NCBI GenBank assembly: GCA_046497275.1
Contig: JAWOFX010000063.1
Coordinates: 1-11,534 of the forward strand
DNA from: Promethearchaeia archaeon
GTDB lineage: Archaea > Asgardarchaeota > Lokiarchaeia > Sigyniarchaeales > SOKP01
DNA length: 11,534 bases
Reading direction: 5' to 3'
Shown: positions 7,567 through 11,534 of the stretch, piece by piece
How the letters are laid out: every line of letters starts with the position of its first letter
Position numbering within the stretch: position 1 is the first letter of the stretch
Notes under the pieces: model-generated
What the model was told of the DNA's origin: nothing
Seen by the model: only the letters and a program-made list of their open reading frames with translations
The model's database searches: none
Made by a program: the position numbers and the translations under genes

Positions 7567-9972
7567 CTAATTGTTCCCATATGAGAGTAAACTGGTTTGA
7601 CTAGTACTTTTCACCGAAATTTCATTTAATAGATTATCAAGATCATCAAACTCGAAGGGAAAAATATTCTCAAATGCTCTCTTAAGCAACTCCAAATATT
7701 TGTCCGTGTCATAAGAATGGATATTTTTATCATAGAGGTCAGCGAGAATTACCTTTTTATTTGGAAAATCTGGATCAGCGTCTGCGTTTAGAATAATATA
7801 GCGTATACTTTTTCCAGGTGTCATTATGATTCCTTTTTGTTCTGCTTGTTTAGCGGCAACCGCTTGATAAGAATTCACTTTATATTGTGAAGGTTTTCGA
7901 GAGATTCGTTGACGTATCGTAAGTTCTTCTTTTGTAAGCGAGCCTTGCTTAATTCTTTTTGCATATCTAACGAGGATTTTTTTTGCGTCAGGGATTTTTC
8001 TCTTGAATTGTTCTACAGAGTAAACATCTTTAAATACATCGATAAAGTCGCGCTGAGCGTTTTTTATTATAGTTGGACTGTCTCTTCGTCGTATCTCGAT
8101 CCCTCTGACTTTCGTTGTTCCATCTTTCTTAATCCCCCAATAATGATTAAGAGTTGGAATATCAGGTTCTGCTTGCGAAGGTAAAAATGCTATGATATTG
8201 AACATTCCATCCCAACTCATAGGAATATTTGTTTCTTCCGTGATTTCTTTCGCAATCTTTTTGGTAATGCCTATGAAATGTTCCTCATTTCTATCTTGAG
8301 TGTCTTGCAGCCATAACGAATCAACAATACCATGAATAACTCTACATCCATGCCTCTCCGCAATCTCAGAAGATCTCATAAGAAAATCGCGGGCAAACGC
8401 ACAAACTGTTTGGTGAGCTTCAATCTTTCCAAATCTTGCATTTTTAAATCCTAGATATCCAAAACTTACTACTAACACCCATTTAAGTGCGATATCAGTA
8501 AATTTGTATCGAAGATCACCAGTTTTTCGTACAAATTCTTTACATTTTAATCGTTTATTTAAAGGTAGACTTATCGATTTTGCTATAATTCCTTCCCTTT
8601 TTGAACAGATATGAAAATCCAATCCTGGAACCTTAATCCCCGTGCCATCCTCTTTACAGCACTTGCAATTAATTGTCTCTGAGGATATGTTATAATTCGC
8701 CATTAATGAAGGATACATCGAAGAGAAGTCAAGTTCAGCAACATGATCAAACACCCCAATCATTGGTTCAAAGATATGACCTCCCCGATCGCTTTTGATA
8801 AGATTCATTGCTGTTGAAAAATCCTCAGGGCTTTTTTTAAAAGGAGGAATTAAATGATCTAACTTATAAGCATAATAATACTGAATAGATTGGAGAGCTC
8901 CTCCTATAGTTATTCTACACAATCTCTGAAGGGGTACTCGTGAAACTCGAGCAACCTCTATAACCCCAGGAATATTTCCTTCTGTAAAATGCAAACTGCC
9001 ATACGTTGTGGTATCAAGATGAAATCTTCCAGTAAAATATACTTGTGATTTTGATCGTCGTCGAATAATCCCATAGGTAAAGTAATGATCTGGTCCTCCA
9101 GAAAGATCAAATAAACAATGACGGAGAGATGTTTTTTTTCGACCAAAATAAAGATCGTTTCCAATATGATGTAGTGAAGCTCTTGCGATAAGATAAGGGA
9201 ACAAAAATTCATCTCCTCCTTTTGTAAGAATAATGTCAGGATCCAATTTTTCAATAACTCTACTAATTGCTTTAATATTTTCTACCTCATCTGCTTTGTC
9301 GATAATGATTTTCTTCTTTTTTATGGCACCATCTGCTCTTGGAACGTTCCAATTTTGATCGTTTTCAATGAGACTGATCTCAACATACGCGATAGGTTCA
9401 TTAAAATAAGATTTTAAGCCTTGCTGTTGAACTTTCACGTCTAACCAAATAGCAGTAAGAGGAGGCAAGTTATAAAAGAGTTTTTCATTATCATCCTGCA
9501 ATCTCAGAGAGATTAATCTTCTTCTCCTTTTTTCTGGCTCTATTTCAATATTAAAATGACAAAATGACATCGGAAATAGATCATTGACATAAAAATACAT
9601 TTGGGCAATGGGAAGATCAGTATTATACAGAATAAATAGATCCAATTTCTCAATATCTTTAATAGTTTGTTTGAATACTGAAGGCTTTATAACAGAAATT
9701 CCAAATACTTTCGATTTTCTATGATCTTCAAGCTTTACATATTTTTCACAGATTCTTACATCTTTTATATGTGGATGGTCTTTCAGAATAGATAATAATC
9801 GCCTATAATCATGATCGATCTTTTCTCTTGGAAGTGCAAAGAATTCTGGATGGAATTTTTGAAATATTTTTATAACTTTATGAGTATCTGTCCTTTTTAC
9901 CCAAAGATACATGCCATTACTGGAGGTAGAGACATCCAATAACCATCCATCAAATTCGTTTCTTAGTGTCAA
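7567..9972 (-). CDS. polB2: Family B DNA polymerase of the archaeal PolB2 (Dpo2-like) group
   Basis: 801 aa, TTG start. Motif A DFSSMYPS is intact (8707-8730). Motif B is KWVLVVSFGY rather than KxxxNSxYG (8455-8484). Motif C is HGIVDS rather than YGDTDS (8317-8334). Exonuclease motifs are degenerate (LDVKV; GGDEFLFPYL). This substitution pattern is typical of PolB2. Confidence 0.9.
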   Translation of the reverse strand: MTLRNEFDGWLLDVSTSSNGMYLWVKRTDTHKVIKIFQKFHPEFFALPREKIDHDYRRLLSILKDHPHIKDVRICEKYVKLEDHRKSKVFGISVIKPSVFKQTIKDIEKLDLFILYNTDLPIAQMYFYVNDLFPMSFCHFNIEIEPEKRRRRLISLRLQDDNEKLFYNLPPLTAIWLDVKVQQQGLKSYFNEPIAYVEISLIENDQNWNVPRADGAIKKKKIIIDKADEVENIKAISRVIEKLDPDIILTKGGDEFLFPYLIARASLHHIGNDLYFGRKKTSLRHCLFDLSGGPDHYFTYGIIRRRSKSQVYFTGRFHLDTTTYGSLHFTEGNIPGVIEVARVSRVPLQRLCRITIGGALQSIQYYYAYKLDHLIPPFKKSPEDFSTAMNLIKSDRGGHIFEPMIGVFDHVAELDFSSMYPSLMANYNISSETINCKCCKEDGTGIKVPGLDFHICSKREGIIAKSISLPLNKRLKCKEFVRKTGDLRYKFTDIALKWVLVVSFGYLGFKNARFGKIEAHQTVCAFARDFLMRSSEIAERHGCRVIHGIVDSLWLQDTQDRNEEHFIGITKKIAKEITEETNIPMSWDGMFNIIAFLPSQAEPDIPTLNHYWGIKKDGTTKVRGIEIRRRDSPTIIKNAQRDFIDVFKDVYSVEQFKRKIPDAKKILVRYAKRIKQGSLTKEELTIRQRISRKPSQYKVNSYQAVAAKQAEQKGIIMTPGKSIRYIILNADADPDFPNKKVILADLYDKNIHSYDTDKYLELLKRAFENIFPFEFDDLDNLLNEISVKSTSQTSLLSYGNN

Positions 9973-9974
9973 AA

Positions 9975-10244
9975 TTAAGTCTCATTAATTTTCTCTTTTA
10001 AATCCTTTATTTCTTTTTCAAGAGAGCGTATTTTTTTTTCTTGTTCAATCGCATATGACATGAATAAAATTTCAGAAAGCATTGGACGAGCTGCTAAACT
10101 CCCAGCGTCAGCATGGATTCTGGCAAAATTCATTAATTTATCAAAGATCTTTTGGTCTTCTGGGCGAAGTGCTCGTTTAAAATCTTTCCAGCTTTCTATC
10201 TCCTTCTCAAGAGCTGGTCTAAACGATATTACTGTGCGTCCCAT
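9975..10244 (-). CDS. Small helical protein of the family usually encoded next to PolB2 (recalled as arCOG07300-like; needs an HMM check)
   Basis: MGRTVISFRPALEKEIESWKDFKRALRPEDQKIFDKLM...AARP. SD-like GAGGA at 10251-10255. The stop lies 2 nt before the polB2 TTG. Confidence 0.8.
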   Translation of the reverse strand: MGRTVISFRPALEKEIESWKDFKRALRPEDQKIFDKLMNFARIHADAGSLAARPMLSEILFMSYAIEQEKKIRSLEKEIKDLKEKINET

Positions 10245-10304
10245 AGGTTTTCCTCATAGTTTTACGTGATTAATTTCTATTCATCAAAGTAAAATCCTCA
10301 AATC

Positions 10305-10312
10305 TTTTTAAA
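10305..10312 (-). promoter_or_regulatory. TATA-like TTTAAAAA, candidate promoter of the polB2 operon
   Basis: About 60 nt upstream of the ATG at 10244, leaving room for a short 5' UTR containing the SD. Weak in AT-rich DNA. Confidence 0.3.
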
Positions 10313-10345
10313 GAAAAGTAGGTTGGAAATTTTCTAATTTTTGTC

Positions 10346-10361
10346 GAAAAGCTTTTTTAAG
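10346..10361 (+). promoter_or_regulatory. BRE/TATA-like element GAAAAG-C-TTTTTTAAG for the DUF3795-like gene
   Basis: Purine-rich BRE-like run followed by TTTTTTAA, centred about 28 nt before ATG 10386 (leaderless geometry). Confidence 0.4.
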
Positions 10362-10385
10362 ACTTCCTCCAATTATATATAAAGA

Positions 10386-10829
10386 ATGACTGGAAGGTAC
10401 TGTTTTATGAGTTTATATTATAAAGATCACGCTCCTTGCGGCATATATTGTCCAAGCTGTCCAGGTGTGAAAGCATATGGATGCAAGGGATGCCGAGAGG
10501 AAAAGGGACAAATCAAAAATTTCCCAGTATGCAAAACGTATGAATGTGTAACGAGTAAAGGATTAAATTTTTGCTATGAATGTGAAGATTTTCCTTGTGA
10601 AAAACTCCAACCAATTGTGAATTTTGAAATATTTCTCCCTCACAATTCCAAGATCTATAATTTGCTTATGATAAAAAAGCTAGGTATTGCTAAATGGAAT
10701 GAAATCTGCAAGGAAAAGACCAAATTATATTATCAAGGGAAAAAAATAAGATTCGGTGGGGATCCATTAACTTTGGAAAAAAAAGATAAAGATATGTATA
10801 AAAAAAAGAAAGAAAAACAGCAAGATTAA
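10386..10829 (+). CDS. DUF3795-like Cys-rich (Fe-S/Zn-binding) protein
   Basis: APCGIYCPSC, CKGC, C..C and CYECEDFPCEKL follow the DUF3795 Cys pattern. Alternative start at ATG 10407. Lys-rich C-terminal tail. Confidence 0.8.
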   Translation: MTGRYCFMSLYYKDHAPCGIYCPSCPGVKAYGCKGCREEKGQIKNFPVCKTYECVTSKGLNFCYECEDFPCEKLQPIVNFEIFLPHNSKIYNLLMIKKLGIAKWNEICKEKTKLYYQGKKIRFGGDPLTLEKKDKDMYKKKKEKQQD

Positions 10830-10970
10830 CTTTCTCAGAGAAATTTTAAATCGATTTATGATTCAATTTTTTTAAAAATATGCTATTTCTTTTTGATTAT
10901 TACATCAGAAAGTCAATTTAGACTTGAGAAAATCTTCATAAACGAAGAATAGAGACCTTAGGGATCTTTT

Positions 10971-10996
10971 TTCCTTTTTTTCCTAGGAAAAAGGAA
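10971..10996. repeat. Pyrimidine/purine palindrome TTCC-T7-CCTAGG-A5-GGAA (perfect 16-bp core at 10977-10992)
   Basis: Read directly in the intergenic region between the DUF3795-like gene and the last ORF. Confidence 0.45.
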
Positions 10997-11193
10997 CAAA
11001 ATAAGAGGGACAAAAATATTTTTGAATGAAATATTTAACAAATTTCATAAATATGTTTAAATTCTTCACTTTTCTCACGGGAAAAACCAAGAAGAAAATA
11101 CATTTAAATACTAAACTATTTTTATTTACCTTAGGATTTTTGATTTATATCTTATAAATCAAAATGAACCTCAGTCACGGGGTATTATAAAAA

Positions 11194-11534
11194 ATGGAAC
11201 TAAAAAATTTTAACAATTTATTATACATTACGGTAATCAAAGAAGAAACTCCACTATTTGTTATGGATTTTATTCAAGACGGAAATAAATTATCGAAAGC
11301 GGTTATCTCCGAATACTTCTCTACGATGGCTGCTTTTTTAAATATGTTTTCACATTCAACATTTTTTATTGAGCAGGGAGATATTGAAATTTCCTATGAA
11401 ACTAATAATAATATCTCTATAATTTATGCGGCAAATACTATCTCAGATGAAACGAGAGCTAAAATCCAACTCTATTTAGATATAATTCAAAAAGAATATC
11501 AGGAAAAATTAATCAAAAATTCTTTCACTCCAAC
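11194..11534 (+). CDS. Longin-like domain protein, 3'-truncated by the window and not in the ORF track
   Basis: 113 open codons: MELKNFNNLLYITVIKEETPLFVMDF...KLSKAVISEYFSTMAAFLNMFS.STFFIEQGDIEISYETNNNISIIYAAN..SDETRAKIQLYLDIIQKEYQEKL..NSFTP. The pattern fits beta-beta-alpha-beta-beta-beta-alpha (longin order). SD-like GGGGT at 11179-11183. Fold judged by eye. Confidence 0.65.
   Translation, partial: MELKNFNNLLYITVIKEETPLFVMDFIQDGNKLSKAVISEYFSTMAAFLNMFSHSTFFIEQGDIEISYETNNNISIIYAANTISDETRAKIQLYLDIIQKEYQEKLIKNSFTP

Noticed and set aside
7909-9254. ORFs 7909-8184 (+) and 8958-9254 (-) overlapping polB2
   Set aside because: Nested in a long conserved gene. The polB2 frame is uninterrupted, so there is no sign of a frameshift product.
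7567-9972. Polymerase as the marker of a casposon, provirus or pipolin
   Set aside because: Motifs match cellular PolB2, not protein-primed or primer-independent PolB; no Cas1, integrase, capsid gene or terminal repeats are visible.
10060-10269. 69-aa plus-strand ORF
   Set aside because: Antisense to the PolB2 partner gene.
11026-11157. 43-aa plus-strand ORF MKYLTNFINMFKFF...LIYIL
   Set aside because: Extremely AT-rich, no SD, and overlaps the likely promoter of the longin-like gene.
11164-11190. 8-codon in-frame uORF (MNLSHGVL) ending 3 nt before the longin-like ATG
   Set aside because: Too short to separate from chance; the same bases supply the SD-like GGGGT.
1-11534. CRISPR array, tRNA, rRNA or IS element
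   Set aside because: No regularly spaced direct repeats, no cloverleaf or GC-rich structural-RNA island, and no transposase or terminal inverted repeat pair seen.

Overview
An AT-rich, probably archaeal chromosomal window. Gene content and style (soluble multi-PAS histidine kinase, PolB2 cassette, longin-like ORF, TATA-like leaderless starts) point to an Asgard archaeon of the Lokiarchaeia/Promethearchaeota type; this is inference, since no marker gene is present. Order: 3' part of an MFS transporter (+), LL-diaminopimelate aminotransferase-like enzyme (+), a ~1 kb gap holding three small minus-strand ORFs (69, 45 and 27 aa) and a stem-loop, GH4 alpha-galactosidase (+), five-PAS histidine kinase (+), a 54-aa ORF missing from the track (-), PolB2-group DNA polymerase with its small upstream partner (-), a divergent DUF3795-like Cys-rich protein (+), and the start of a longin-like protein missing from the track (+, runs off the window). 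The most interesting unexplained elements are a possible leader-peptide/hairpin/microprotein unit at 2349-2760, the PolB2 cassette (Cys cluster placed like Pol epsilon CysX, C-terminal PIP-like box, no adjacent RadA-like gene), and the longin-like ORF. I found no CRISPR array, tRNA, rRNA or transposase.
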